Below are positions 1 through 10,079 of a stretch of 64,000 nucleotides of DNA, one piece after another. The stretch is from Candidatus Enterousia sp. (GTDB lineage Bacteria > Pseudomonadota > Alphaproteobacteria > Rs-D84): contig JAZRJE010000007.1 of NCBI GenBank assembly GCA_045645645.1, forward strand, positions 34,735 through 98,734, given 5' to 3'. The translations under genes were made by a program, and so were the position numbers. Each line of letters opens with the position of its first letter. Positions within the stretch are counted from its first letter, which is position 1. The notes beneath the pieces are model-generated. The model ran no database searches. It was given only the letters and a program-made list of their open reading frames with translations, and had not been told where the DNA came from.

Positions 1-1768
1 CCCTAATTAATAATTCTTTTATTATTGCAGAAGCAGTTTTTGCAGCTGGTCCACTGGAACCAGAATGTTCTGTGACAACACAAACGGCATATTTGGGGTT
101 ATCTAATGGTGCGTATCCAACGAATAAGCCATGGTTACGCATATTCCATTTTAATTGTTCATTAGTTAATACGCCACTTTCGCGTTCTTTTTTAGATATA
201 CTACGAACCTGAGAGGTTCCTGTTTTACCTCCCATTTTCTTACCTTTTACATTAATTGCACTTCCTGCTGCTGTACCACCTTGTTGTAATACTTGTTCTA
301 ATCCAGTTAACACATGTTTAATATTTTTTTCACGCAGCCTCAAATTACTAAAACGTGGATTTCGTCCATTGTCCATGATTCTTGGAATAACAACTTTATT
401 TGATGCGACACGTGACATCATAGTTGCCAGTTGCAAACAATTAGCCAATATAAAACCTTGTCCTATACCAGAAATAATAGTATCACCATGAACCCATTTG
501 GCTCCTATTTGTTTTTCTTTCCATTTTCTATCTGGCATAACCCCTGGCATTTCTCGTGCTAAAATATCGTCCATAAACTTTTCAGTAAATCCTAATTTTG
601 TAGCCATTGACTTAATTGCATCAATGCCAATACGCAATGCGATTTGATAAAAATATATATCACAAGAATGTTTTAATGCACCATACAGGTCAACATGACC
701 ATGACCATCATCTTCCCAGCAATGATATCGTCTATCTCCGTAATCCCAATGACCTGGGCAATATATTTTTTCTTTAGTTGTAATTGCGCCTGATTCTAAT
801 CCAGCCAGTGCAACGACAATTTTGAATGTAGAACCAGGTGGATAAAGTCCTTCAATAGCCTTGTTCATAAAAGGTTTTGCATAATCTTCACGCAGGTTAC
901 TTATGTATTCTTCACCATCGTTTGTTCTAAATATATTTGGGTCAAAACTTGGTGTTGAAACCATTGCTATAATATTTCCTGTTTTTATATCTAATACGAC
1001 ACCAGTGCCAGAACGATGTTGTGTTAATGCATCATATAATTTACGTTGAATATCAGAATCAATAGTGGTTTTTATATTGTCACCTGGTATAGAAGGTATA
1101 TATTGTGATTTATCTTCACCAGTCACCCTTCCTACAGCGTTTGTAATCATAACAGTTTGTCCAGGGACACCAGCCAGATCTGGATTAAATCTTTTTTCTA
1201 ACCCTGTTATACCAGTTGTAAAAAATGGCGCATTGGCTACAGATTTATTAGGTGCCCCGACATAACCGAAAACTTGGGCCCCAGCAGGTCCTAATTCATA
1301 AACCCGTCCATAACCGCTTTCAACATGTAATCCTGGCAGATTTTTAGCCTGTAATTTTGCAAGTGTTTTCCAATCAGTATTTTCACTAACTAAAACAGGT
1401 TGAAATTTTTGCTGTTTAAATATTTTTTTACGAATATTTTTTATGTTTTTTTCTTTTAAGTTTAAGTCTTTTGCAACAATATTAATTAAATTGTCTATGT
1501 CAGATGTTTCTTCTGGTATTATGTATATTCTATAAATTGGCACATCACGTGATATTGGTGTTCCATTTGCAGACAGGATTTGACCACGTATTGCCATATC
1601 CAGTTGAGTTCTGTATGAATTATTCTCACTTTTTTCAGTATATTCACGATAATTAAACAACTGCATCTGCAACATACGTATAACTAATACAGATGTCAGT
1701 ATTACTCCCCCTGTTAAAAACAATGCGCTACGTCTATCAAATAAGCGGGCAACTTCTTTATCAATCAT
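1..1768 (-). CDS. mrdA: Penicillin-binding protein 2 (class B transpeptidase); 3' end runs off the window start
   Basis: Hand translation from ATG at 1768: MIDKEVARLFDRRSALFLTGGVILTSVLVIRMLQMQ (TM anchor), later GKTGTSQ (KTG motif), open to KELLIR at position 2. ATGA overlap with the mreD stop. Absent from the ORF track because it has no stop in the window. Confidence 0.93.
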   Translation of the reverse strand, partial: MIDKEVARLFDRRSALFLTGGVILTSVLVIRMLQMQLFNYREYTEKSENNSYRTQLDMAIRGQILSANGTPISRDVPIYRIYIIPEETSDIDNLINIVAKDLNLKEKNIKNIRKKIFKQQKFQPVLVSENTDWKTLAKLQAKNLPGLHVESGYGRVYELGPAGAQVFGYVGAPNKSVANAPFFTTGITGLEKRFNPDLAGVPGQTVMITNAVGRVTGEDKSQYIPSIPGDNIKTTIDSDIQRKLYDALTQHRSGTGVVLDIKTGNIIAMVSTPSFDPNIFRTNDGEEYISNLREDYAKPFMNKAIEGLYPPGSTFKIVVALAGLESGAITTKEKIYCPGHWDYGDRRYHCWEDDGHGHVDLYGALKHSCDIYFYQIALRIGIDAIKSMATKLGFTEKFMDDILAREMPGVMPDRKWKEKQIGAKWVHGDTIISGIGQGFILANCLQLATMMSRVASNKVVIPRIMDNGRNPRFSNLRLREKNIKHVLTGLEQVLQQGGTAAGSAINVKGKKMGGKTGTSQVRSISKKERESGVLTNEQLKWNMRNHGLFVGYAPLDNPKYAVCVVTEHSGSSGPAAKTASAIIKELLIR

Positions 1769-2217
1769 ATTGTTACCCTTTTAATTAAATTAGTTATTGG
1801 TATATATAATAAACCTAACCAGATTAATAACCATATTGTTTGCAACAAATTATAAAAAGTAAAACTAGACAATAATAATAAAATAAACCCGATAAATATA
1901 AATATCATAAATATATGCCATGCATTTTTATCTATTTTTGTTAAATCAAAAAAAGTTTGGAATCCATTAACAGCATAAAACAAGCAATATAAAGAAGTCC
2001 AAAATACTAAAGTTTCAAACTTATAATCGATTAAAAAGCAGAAAATAACAGCAAATGGTGCAAACCAACATGTTGGTCTAACAAAAGAACAATAAAAAAT
2101 AGGTATTAAAGCTAAAATACCAGCTGGATTCCAAAAAGATAAAGATAATCTCCACAGTATTAAGACAGATAACCATGGTGTTAAAATTTGCAAAAAATTT
2201 ATTAATTTATTTTTCAT
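1765..2217 (-). CDS. mreD: MreD-like integral membrane protein
   Basis: 150 aa, about 5 hydrophobic segments, located between mreC and mrdA; called mainly on synteny. Confidence 0.65.
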   Translation of the reverse strand: MKNKLINFLQILTPWLSVLILWRLSLSFWNPAGILALIPIFYCSFVRPTCWFAPFAVIFCFLIDYKFETLVFWTSLYCLFYAVNGFQTFFDLTKIDKNAWHIFMIFIFIGFILLLLSSFTFYNLLQTIWLLIWLGLLYIPITNLIKRVTI

Positions 2218-3042
2218 TTATTTATATTCGCCCAGATTATCAAAACTCAATACCATAACCCTGCTTAATTGTTTATAGTTCAATATTTGCACTTCTTCTT
2301 CATTGATCATTTTACCAACAATAATACCATTTGGTAAAACGCCACTAATATTACTTGTTGTTAATATTAAACCAGGAGTTGCTTGAAATTGTGGATCGCT
2401 AAAAAAGCCAATAGTTGGTGTTTTTGTGCCGTTTCCTGCTAAGAATCCATAAACACCAGACCCTGAAATTCGTACGGCAATATTTGTGTCTGCGTCATTT
2501 AATGCGCGCACACGTGCAAAGTTTCCACCAGAATCTATAACAATACCAACCAGCTGATTTGTCATTGAAACAACGACTTGTCCTTTTTTTACCCCATTAT
2601 CCGCACCACGATTAATGATAAATGTAGAATGATGCATTGCATTATTGTCAAACATCACATCAGCAATTATTGTTTTACGAGGTTGTGCAGATACCATGTT
2701 TAATTCGTTGTTTAATTTTTTATTTTCAGCAATTGCAACATCACACTTAAATTTATCACTTAAAGCTTGCTCTAATCTAACACGTAACTCCTCATTTTCT
2801 TCGCGCAGATTTGACAGTTCATAGATGTTATTTATTGTGTTTCCGACGGCTCTAACTGGCCAAGTAACAATATTTCCAACAGTGTTTGCAACAGGTAACA
2901 CAATATGTGCCAGTCCATTTAATATGGTATAGTCAGGCTTTGCGACCATGATATAAATAAACAAAACGGGCAAAACCGCGGCAGCGGTGGCAGATTTTAT
3001 AATCATATATACCCTGGAAGATAGTTTATTTTTATTCATCAT
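2218..3042 (-). CDS. mreC: Rod shape-determining protein MreC (start at 3042 or 3039)
   Basis: TM segment, coiled coil (LREENEELR), then IINRGADNGVKKG...LVGIV and ILTTSNISGVLPNGIIVG. Start trimmed to MMNKNK. Confidence 0.88.
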   Translation of the reverse strand: MMNKNKLSSRVYMIIKSATAAAVLPVLFIYIMVAKPDYTILNGLAHIVLPVANTVGNIVTWPVRAVGNTINNIYELSNLREENEELRVRLEQALSDKFKCDVAIAENKKLNNELNMVSAQPRKTIIADVMFDNNAMHHSTFIINRGADNGVKKGQVVVSMTNQLVGIVIDSGGNFARVRALNDADTNIAVRISGSGVYGFLAGNGTKTPTIGFFSDPQFQATPGLILTTSNISGVLPNGIIVGKMINEEEVQILNYKQLSRVMVLSFDNLGEYK

Positions 3043-3082
3043 GGCTACTTTATACGTAAAAAAAAGGATATTCAATAAAAAC

Positions 3083-3110
3083 TTGATTTTTCCATAAAAT
3101 ATGCCAAAAT
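3083..3110 (+). promoter_or_regulatory. sigma70-type promoter for rpmI-rplT-pheST
   Basis: TTGATT-16bp-CAAAAT with TG extension (TGcCAAAAT). Confidence 0.5.
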
Positions 3111-3116
3111 ATGCAT

Positions 3117-3148
3117 CAGTCAAAGTGGCAGGCATTGCCACCAGACTG
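3117..3148 (+). promoter_or_regulatory. 5' UTR stem-loop upstream of rpmI
   Basis: CAGTC/GACTG outer stem and GTGGCA/TGCCAC inner stem with an asymmetric internal loop. Confidence 0.55.
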
Positions 3149-3177
3149 TAAAACACCTAAAAATAAAAGGATATAAA

Positions 3178-3381
3178 ATGCCAAAATTAAAAACAAAGTC
3201 ATACTTGAAAAAGCGTGCGTCTATGACAGCAACAGGTAAGATCCGCGTTGCTCGTAACGCCCATAAGAAACTGTTGCGTAAAAAATCTGCACGTGCAAAC
3301 AATGCAGGTTCAAAACCACAGTATTTGAACGATAACATGGTTGGTCAGGCTAAAATCTTGGCTCCATATGGTTTGAAATAA
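3178..3381 (+). CDS. rpmI: 50S ribosomal protein L35
   Basis: MPKLKTKS...KR...TATGKI...HKKLLRKK, ends LAPYG. Confidence 0.96.
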   Translation: MPKLKTKSYLKKRASMTATGKIRVARNAHKKLLRKKSARANNAGSKPQYLNDNMVGQAKILAPYGLK

Positions 3382-3396
3382 TAAGGGGGTTATGAT

Positions 3397-3765
3397 ATGG
3401 CAAGAGTTAAACGTGGAACAACCGTAAAACAAAAACATAACAAGATTTTGGCGCGTGCCAAGGGGTATTTGGGCCGTCATCATTCAACATATCGTGCCGC
3501 ACGTGAAAAAACAGAAAAAGCGGGTCAGTATGCATATCGTGATCGTCGCGTAAAAAAACGCGAATTTCGTGGTTTGTGGATTGTCCGTATTAATGCTGCG
3601 GTACGTCAAAATGGTATGACATACAGCCAATTTATGAACGGCTTGAAAAAGGCTGGTATTGCATTAGATCGTAAAGTATTAGCTGAAATGGCATATGCTG
3701 GCGATGCAAACTTTGTTAAATTGGTTGATACAGCAAAACGATTTAGCGCCGGGGAATCTAAATAA
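3397..3765 (+). CDS. rplT: 50S ribosomal protein L20
   Basis: MARVKRG...AKGY...[24 protein letters not shown]. Confidence 0.98.
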   Translation: MARVKRGTTVKQKHNKILARAKGYLGRHHSTYRAAREKTEKAGQYAYRDRRVKKREFRGLWIVRINAAVRQNGMTYSQFMNGLKKAGIALDRKVLAEMAYAGDANFVKLVDTAKRFSAGESK

Positions 3766-3796
3766 TCCCTTGTCGGCGGGGTATTTGTTTTGTAAG

Positions 3797-3824
3797 ATAA
3801 AGGTCGTCGACAGACGACCTTTAT
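3797..3824 (+). terminator. 12-bp hairpin between rplT and pheS (weak terminator or processing stem)
   Basis: ATAAAGGTCGTC-gaca-GACGACCTTTAT; poor U-tract. Confidence 0.5.
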
Positions 3825-3858
3825 TCATATAAAGAAAAAAAGTTTTAGGGTAAATGTT

Positions 3859-4806
3859 ATGCAAAAACAAATAAAGAACATAAATACACTGGATGAATTA
3901 CAGTCTTTGTATACTGCAACATTCGGAAAAAATGGGACTATGACCGCGCGTTTGAAAGAAATGAAAAATCTGGATAACGAAGCGCGTGCTGCATTAAATC
4001 GTGAAAACAGCGAATTGCGTCAGTTGTTTAAAACACGTCAGATAGAAATTGAAAATGCTGTATTAATGGCTGGACTACAGAAACAAAAATTGGATGTTTC
4101 ATTAAATGCATCGTCTGAAAATCGTGGATCTTTACATCCAATGACACAAAGTTTGATTGAAATTTCGCAAATTTTGGAATCTTTTGGTTATACCCCATAT
4201 ACAGGTCCAGAAATAGAAGATGATTGGCATAATTTTACCGCATTAAATACACCTGATTATCATCCAGCACGTGATATGCAGGATACATTTTTCTTAGAAA
4301 ATGGTAATGTTATGCGTACTCAGACATCTGCGATTCAAATTCGCACAATGGAAAAAACTGGGGCGCCAATAAAAATGTTTGGTATTGGTTCTACATATCG
4401 TAAAGAAATGGACGCAACGCATGCACCTATGTTTGGTCAAATAGAAGGCTTATATGTTAATAAAAATGTAACAATGTCTGAATTGATTGGTGATATTCGT
4501 GCTTTTTTAAAGCGTTTTTTTGAAATTGATAATGTTGAGTTGCGTATTCGTCCGTCTTATTTTCCATTTACAGACCCATCGATTGAGGTTGATTTAAAAT
4601 GGAAAAATGGTCGTTGGTTGGAAATTATGGGGGCTGGTATGGTGCATCCTAATGTTTTGCGAAATTGTGGTATTGATCCAGAAGAATACCAAGGTTTTGC
4701 ATTTGGATTTGGGTGGGATAGATTGGCAATGTTGAAGTATGGTTTACCAGATTTGCGTGATTTTCGTGGTAATGATATCAGATGGTTAAAAAGTGCAGGA
4801 TTTTAA
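3859..4806 (+). CDS. pheS: Phenylalanine--tRNA ligase alpha subunit
   Basis: NFTALNTPDYHPARDMQDTF, RTQTS, RPSYFPFTDPS, GAGMVHPNVL, FAFGFGWDRLAMLKYG. Confidence 0.98.
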   Translation: MQKQIKNINTLDELQSLYTATFGKNGTMTARLKEMKNLDNEARAALNRENSELRQLFKTRQIEIENAVLMAGLQKQKLDVSLNASSENRGSLHPMTQSLIEISQILESFGYTPYTGPEIEDDWHNFTALNTPDYHPARDMQDTFFLENGNVMRTQTSAIQIRTMEKTGAPIKMFGIGSTYRKEMDATHAPMFGQIEGLYVNKNVTMSELIGDIRAFLKRFFEIDNVELRIRPSYFPFTDPSIEVDLKWKNGRWLEIMGAGMVHPNVLRNCGIDPEEYQGFAFGFGWDRLAMLKYGLPDLRDFRGNDIRWLKSAGF

Positions 4807-4822
4807 TTTTGGGGGTATTGAT

Positions 4823-7126
4823 ATGAAATGGACATATGATTGGTTAACAGATTATTTAGATACAAATTTATCGCCCGAACAAATTGCTGATGAATTAACA
4901 CGTGTTGGCTTAGAAGTAGAAGAATTAGTAACACCTGTTGCCCCAATTGCGGCGCGTATTGTTGAATGTGTGGCGCATGAAAACAGCGACCATCTGCACG
5001 TGTTAAAGGTTGATGATGGGTCTGGCACTTTGCGCCAGGTTGTGTGTGGTGCGCCAAATGCACGTGTGGGGCTTGTTTCTGCATTAGCAGTGCCTGGGTG
5101 TATTATTGATGGTCATGAAATTACATCTGGAAAACTGCGTGGTGTTATATCTGATGGTATGATGTGTTCTGGCAAAGAGCTGGGGATTAGTGACGACCAC
5201 AGTGGAATTATTGAATTAGATGAAAATACAAAAATTGGATCATCGGTATTAGATGTAAAAACGATATTTGATGCTGGAATCACACCAAATCGCCCTGATT
5301 ATTTGTCTGTACGTGGCATTGCACGTGATTTGTCGGCCGCTGGTGCTGGCAAATATATTGTTCCGATTGATAATAAATTTAAGACTGTTTCTGGTACACG
5401 TCGTGTGGTTATTAAAACTGATAAATGTGCGACATATAAATTGCTGGAAATTAGTAATTTACAAATGACTAAAAGTTGTGAAAAAATCGCATCACGTCTG
5501 CGTGCAATTGGTATAAATCCTAAAAACGCTGCAATTGATGCAACAAACTATATTTGTTATGATATGGCACAACCTATGCATTGTTTTGATGCAGATGAAA
5601 TTCATGGTGATATTGTTGTACGTATGGCAACGCCTGGTGAAAAATTCACTGATTTATTTGGTACAGAACACGAATTAACCGATGCGGATATGGTTATTGC
5701 CGACGATATGGGGATTTTAGCTTTAGCTGGTGTAATCGGTGGGGCACGTGGTGCAACAACTGATAGCACAAAAAATATAATCCTAGAATCTGCATATTTT
5801 GATCCTGTATCTGTTCGTAAATCTGCAAAAAGAATTGGTATGTCAACAGATGCGTCATATCGTTATGAACGTGGTATTGATCCAACAATTACTGGTATAG
5901 CTGTAATGAAAGCTGCTGAAATAATAATGGATAGATGCGGTGGTAAAATTACTAATGCGTATATTGCAGGTTCGGACATCATTCCAGAAGTAAAAATCAA
6001 TTATAATCCAAAAATATTTGCCAAAAAAACAGGCGCCGAAATGGATGAAAAAATCCAGCGTGATATATTAGAAAAATTGGGCTATACGCTGGAAACAAAG
6101 GGGGATAAATGGATTCTTACCCCACCAAGTCGTCGTGTGGATGTTAATATCCCAGAAACAGTTGTGGCAGATTTGTTGCGTATATATGGATATGAAAAAT
6201 TAGCCTTGGTTGCTGTGCATACAATTGGGGATGTGGATAAAAAATATAATCACGAATTATATTTAAAAGAACATATGGCGTCACGTGGTTTAAATGAATG
6301 TTGTTCTTATGCGTTTGGCAATTCGATTGTTGAAAAAATGCTGTCGGATAAGCCAGTTGTAAAGATTGCAAATCCAATCACAACAGATATGGATACAGCA
6401 CGTAATAGTTTACTGGGTGGATTATTGCAAACAGTATCAAATAATGAAAAACGTGGATATCCAGATTTAAATTTGTTTGAACTGGGAACTGTGTTTGATG
6501 GTGATGCGCCAAGGCAACAACATACATCATTGTGTATTGTTCGTACTGGTTGCACTGGTCCAAAGCATTGGCAATCACGCACACGTGAAGTTGATATATA
6601 TGATGTAAAAAATGATATTATATCAATGTTAAATGGTCAGAAATTTACGGTATCAACAGAAAATGTACCTAATTGGGCGCATCCATATCGTTATGGTAAG
6701 GTGGTTCAGGGTAAACGTGTATTGGCCGAATTTGGTGAGTTGCATCCATCAATCGCAAAGCAGTTGCGTATAAAAACAAATGTTGTAATTGCAATTGTTG
6801 ATGATGTTAACAGTATGCCGAAAAAGCGTATTGGAAAAAATATAACACTATCTGAATTTCAACCGATTTCGCGCGACTTTGCCTTTGTTGTTGATTCTGA
6901 TATGCCTGCTGAAAAATTAACAGGTGCGGCCATGGCTGCAGATGCACGTATTACAGATGTGGTTGTGTTTGATGCGTTTGATTTATCAGATGGTAAAAAG
7001 TCAATTGCGTTTACAATCACAATTGCACCACGTGAAAACATGTCAGATACAGATTTATTAAAAATCCAGGATTTGGTGATAAAATCTGTTGAAAAGAAAT
7101 GCGATGCAAAAATACGTGATAAATAA
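4823..7126 (+). CDS. pheT: Phenylalanine--tRNA ligase beta subunit
   Basis: QVVCGAPN, GMMCSGKELG, ITPNRPDYLSVRGIARD, FQPISRDFAFVV; start at MKWTYDW after a GGGGG SD. Confidence 0.97.
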   Translation: MKWTYDWLTDYLDTNLSPEQIADELTRVGLEVEELVTPVAPIAARIVECVAHENSDHLHVLKVDDGSGTLRQVVCGAPNARVGLVSALAVPGCIIDGHEITSGKLRGVISDGMMCSGKELGISDDHSGIIELDENTKIGSSVLDVKTIFDAGITPNRPDYLSVRGIARDLSAAGAGKYIVPIDNKFKTVSGTRRVVIKTDKCATYKLLEISNLQMTKSCEKIASRLRAIGINPKNAAIDATNYICYDMAQPMHCFDADEIHGDIVVRMATPGEKFTDLFGTEHELTDADMVIADDMGILALAGVIGGARGATTDSTKNIILESAYFDPVSVRKSAKRIGMSTDASYRYERGIDPTITGIAVMKAAEIIMDRCGGKITNAYIAGSDIIPEVKINYNPKIFAKKTGAEMDEKIQRDILEKLGYTLETKGDKWILTPPSRRVDVNIPETVVADLLRIYGYEKLALVAVHTIGDVDKKYNHELYLKEHMASRGLNECCSYAFGNSIVEKMLSDKPVVKIANPITTDMDTARNSLLGGLLQTVSNNEKRGYPDLNLFELGTVFDGDAPRQQHTSLCIVRTGCTGPKHWQSRTREVDIYDVKNDIISMLNGQKFTVSTENVPNWAHPYRYGKVVQGKRVLAEFGELHPSIAKQLRIKTNVVIAIVDDVNSMPKKRIGKNITLSEFQPISRDFAFVVDSDMPAEKLTGAAMAADARITDVVVFDAFDLSDGKKSIAFTITIAPRENMSDTDLLKIQDLVIKSVEKKCDAKIRDK

Positions 7127-7137
7127 TAGTAAAAAAT

Positions 7138-7170
7138 AAAAAAACACCGGTAAAAGCCGGTGTTTTTTTT
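7138..7170. terminator. Bidirectional intrinsic terminator (pheT / virD4)
   Basis: A7-CACCGGT-aaaa-GCCGGTG-T8 between convergent genes. Confidence 0.85.
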
Positions 7171-9367
7171 ATTCTAGTATTTTTATTTCCTTGGTTGCTG
7201 GATAGTAAATCTTTGGTTTTCCAGTGAACCCCAGCGCACGATGGTGTGACGCTACCAAGAATTCAGGCAGTGGTGGTGCTTCACCCATTGCAAGAAGTTT
7301 TGATAGTCTAGGATCTTTGTATGCCATTTGTTTGTCTGCTTCAATTGGACGATGATACCACCCTTGGAATATAACAAGTTGTTTGTCACTACTTAATCTT
7401 AAAATATCCATTGGTGTGTATAACAAAGATTCTTTTGTGACCTCTTTACCATCTGCACCCTTTTCTTTTTTCATTTTCATACCCATCATATTTGAGAAGC
7501 TTTCCGCAGTACCTGGGTCATTTTGGCGCATAACAATTTTTGCAGCCGTTGTAGAAATGATTGTTTTTGCAGCTTCTGGACCATATTTTTCAGCAATCTG
7601 GTTTAAATCCTGGCCGATTAACAGATATGATATTTTTTGTCCACGTCCCAAATCAGGCCCCTGAATAACGGCTTGCATCTTTTGCATTTTTGGCATTTCG
7701 TCCAATACAAACAATACTGGATATTCGCCCAGTTTTTGACCGTTGTGTTCGGCACCTGGCGGATTTGCAAGCAAGAAGTTTGACATCAGTTCAATAAATA
7801 TCGCTGTAATTGGGTTTAGTGCTTGGGCGTCAACCATGTTAATAGATAGATATACTGTCACTGGCTTAACCTTGCCGTCACGTGGGTCACGAATTCCGCG
7901 CAGATCAGAAAAATGAAAATCTGAATGAGATGTACGATTTCTTACCGCTGCATTACGGAATATAGTCAGCCCCGACAACGCTGTTGACATGATTGACCCA
8001 CGTTCTTTATCAGGTGTATTCGCTAATTGTGTTAATTCTTGAACCGCACGGTGTGAATATGCGTATTGTCGTGCTTCGTCTACCGCATTTTGCAACAAAT
8101 CTTTCATAGGGTCTGCCATTGCAACCATCTGGTCCCCTGCCCTGCGTCGTTCTTCCATTTGCTGGGCGATTGCGATTTGACTGGATGTTAACCAGTCTAA
8201 AATCATGGGCAACGATGCTTCTTTCCCACGCCATGCATCTGGGATGTTTGCCCATGTACCAACATGTACATAATTCATCGCGTTTAATTCACCACGTTGC
8301 AGCATTGCGTGCGCAGCGTATGCGTTTGGATCTGTCATCATTGACAGATAATAATCAGATAACACCGCTGCGTCTTCTGCGTTAAATGTGCCATTAACCA
8401 TACGAGCGTAGAAATAATCGTCTGCTTTGGCACGTTCTACCTTGGATACAATATATTGAACGAATCCAGTCAGTGCTGCGCGTCCCGTAATTGTCCAGTG
8501 TGGGTCAGCAGATGATCCAGTCCTGTCTGGAATAAGCGTGTTGCAAATTGAATCGATATATAAATCACGCTGTTCTGTATTAAACGGTACATGTTCTGGG
8601 GATAGTGGATTCCATGATGGATAATATATACCACGTGCCGGATCGTCCTGACCCGCCCAGTTCATAATAAACACCGGCCCAACAGTTGCACGATATGCAC
8701 TGGTATTTTGTTTTAATTCTGGCTTTGGGTCGTTAATAATCATCGAAACATCATTGCAATCCAAAATTGTCGGGATAACAACCCCTTGTGTTTTACCTGT
8801 TCCCGGGGGGGCAACACATAATGCAGATAAACATTCATCCATCATTAATGGTTTTTTCTTAAAGTATCCTAAAACCATCATAAAACCACCAAGTAGCCCC
8901 ATCTTTTTTATATCTGCTTCACTGGCCTTGTTTGATGATTTTTCATCAAATTTATCTTTACCATGTGGGTTAAATTCGTCTGTAAATGTTCCATCTGACA
9001 GGAAATAGTATGCGATAATTGGTAATATTGGCACCATACACGCCAAGTCAGTGCGATATACGCACCGCCAAACCCACGCTGGTAATTCTGCCAGTGATGA
9101 TAAGCCGCCACTGGTTAACAGGTTCATTAAATATGTTTTGGTCCATACGGATGTAGCGGGACTCCACCCATATCGCCAAATATGTTCAATAATAAAAGCA
9201 GATGCAAATGCTATCGCACAAACAATCCATATTCCACACCCCCAGCGAATTCGCCAGAATATTTGTGCCATTGGGGTTTTTTCATGTTCTTTGTACGAAC
9301 CAGATTTAAAAATCCCCAGACCTTTTCCTTTGCCAGATGCGGATAAGATGTTGAACTTCTTTGCCAT
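7169..9367 (-). CDS. virD4: Type IV secretion coupling protein, VirD4/TraG family
   Basis: Two N-terminal TM segments, Walker A APPGTGKTQG, IINDPKPEL, WNPL, DPHW, Walker B LFVLDE, GRGQKISYLLIGQDLNQIAEKYG. Confidence 0.9.
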   Translation of the reverse strand: MAKKFNILSASGKGKGLGIFKSGSYKEHEKTPMAQIFWRIRWGCGIWIVCAIAFASAFIIEHIWRYGWSPATSVWTKTYLMNLLTSGGLSSLAELPAWVWRCVYRTDLACMVPILPIIAYYFLSDGTFTDEFNPHGKDKFDEKSSNKASEADIKKMGLLGGFMMVLGYFKKKPLMMDECLSALCVAPPGTGKTQGVVIPTILDCNDVSMIINDPKPELKQNTSAYRATVGPVFIMNWAGQDDPARGIYYPSWNPLSPEHVPFNTEQRDLYIDSICNTLIPDRTGSSADPHWTITGRAALTGFVQYIVSKVERAKADDYFYARMVNGTFNAEDAAVLSDYYLSMMTDPNAYAAHAMLQRGELNAMNYVHVGTWANIPDAWRGKEASLPMILDWLTSSQIAIAQQMEERRRAGDQMVAMADPMKDLLQNAVDEARQYAYSHRAVQELTQLANTPDKERGSIMSTALSGLTIFRNAAVRNRTSHSDFHFSDLRGIRDPRDGKVKPVTVYLSINMVDAQALNPITAIFIELMSNFLLANPPGAEHNGQKLGEYPVLFVLDEMPKMQKMQAVIQGPDLGRGQKISYLLIGQDLNQIAEKYGPEAAKTIISTTAAKIVMRQNDPGTAESFSNMMGMKMKKEKGADGKEVTKESLLYTPMDILRLSSDKQLVIFQGWYHRPIEADKQMAYKDPRLSKLLAMGEAPPLPEFLVASHHRALGFTGKPKIYYPATKEIKILE

Positions 9368-9422
9368 TGTGTTATGATTATACCAGAAAAAAGCAATCGG
9401 ATAAATCAGGAAATATGAATTT

Positions 9423-10076
9423 ATGAAAAATATTCCAAGAATTTTTGCAGGTTCTAACCTTGAAACAGGTATTCAGATACCATTATCGCGTGAAATTATG
9501 CATTATTTGACACGTGTTATGCGTACAAGACAGTGTTTGGTTTTTGGTGGTGGAAATGAATACAATGCAACTATTTCTGATGATGACAAAGGGTTAATTA
9601 TTGGTGATAAGACATCGCATGTTGATCCATCAAACAATATAACACTGATGTTTTCACCTATTAAGCATACAGATGACTTGATAAATATGGCGACACAAAT
9701 GGGTGTGGCGAAATTGTTGCCAGTTATAACTGCGCGTACGGTTGCGCATCATATAAATTGGGAACGTATGCGCAAGATAGCTGTTGAAGCATCTGAACAA
9801 TCAAACCGCAATTCTGTTCCTGAAATTTTACCGACTGTAAAATTTTCAGATTTAGATTTATCAAATGTTGTGTTTGCAGACGAACGTGCTGCATATGGTA
9901 AAGAAATGTCAAATGATTTTAATACAGACAAAATTTTAATTGGACCAGAAGGCGGATTTTCTGACGAAGAATTTTCTGCGCTGGACACATCTGGGGCGCG
10001 TGGAATTAGTTTAGGTAAGACAATATTGCGTGCTGAAACAGCGGCGATTGTCGCGCTAAGTAAAATAATAAAGTAA
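9423..10076 (+). CDS. rsmE: 16S rRNA m3U1498 methyltransferase RsmE
   Basis: HYLTRVMR, EASEQSNR, IGPEGGFS, LGKTILRAETA. Confidence 0.95.
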   Translation: MKNIPRIFAGSNLETGIQIPLSREIMHYLTRVMRTRQCLVFGGGNEYNATISDDDKGLIIGDKTSHVDPSNNITLMFSPIKHTDDLINMATQMGVAKLLPVITARTVAHHINWERMRKIAVEASEQSNRNSVPEILPTVKFSDLDLSNVVFADERAAYGKEMSNDFNTDKILIGPEGGFSDEEFSALDTSGARGISLGKTILRAETAAIVALSKIIK

Positions 10077-10079
10077 AAA

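Noticed and set aside
3043-3156. N-terminal extensions in the ORF track (mreC; likewise pheT, xseB, truB, metG, yidD, TPR 37077, UDG, infB, 58147 ORF, der)
   Set aside because: The extensions run through promoters, terminators or neighbouring genes; downstream ATGs fit SDs and family N-termini better
3766-3858. pheM-like attenuator before pheS
   Set aside because: A hairpin exists, but there is no Phe-rich leader ORF (the best frame has one Phe before the stem) and no alternative antiterminator
7169-9367. virD4 as part of an ICE or plasmid remnant
   Set aside because: No relaxase, virB genes, integrase or flanking direct repeats; the gene is intact and flanked by housekeeping genes
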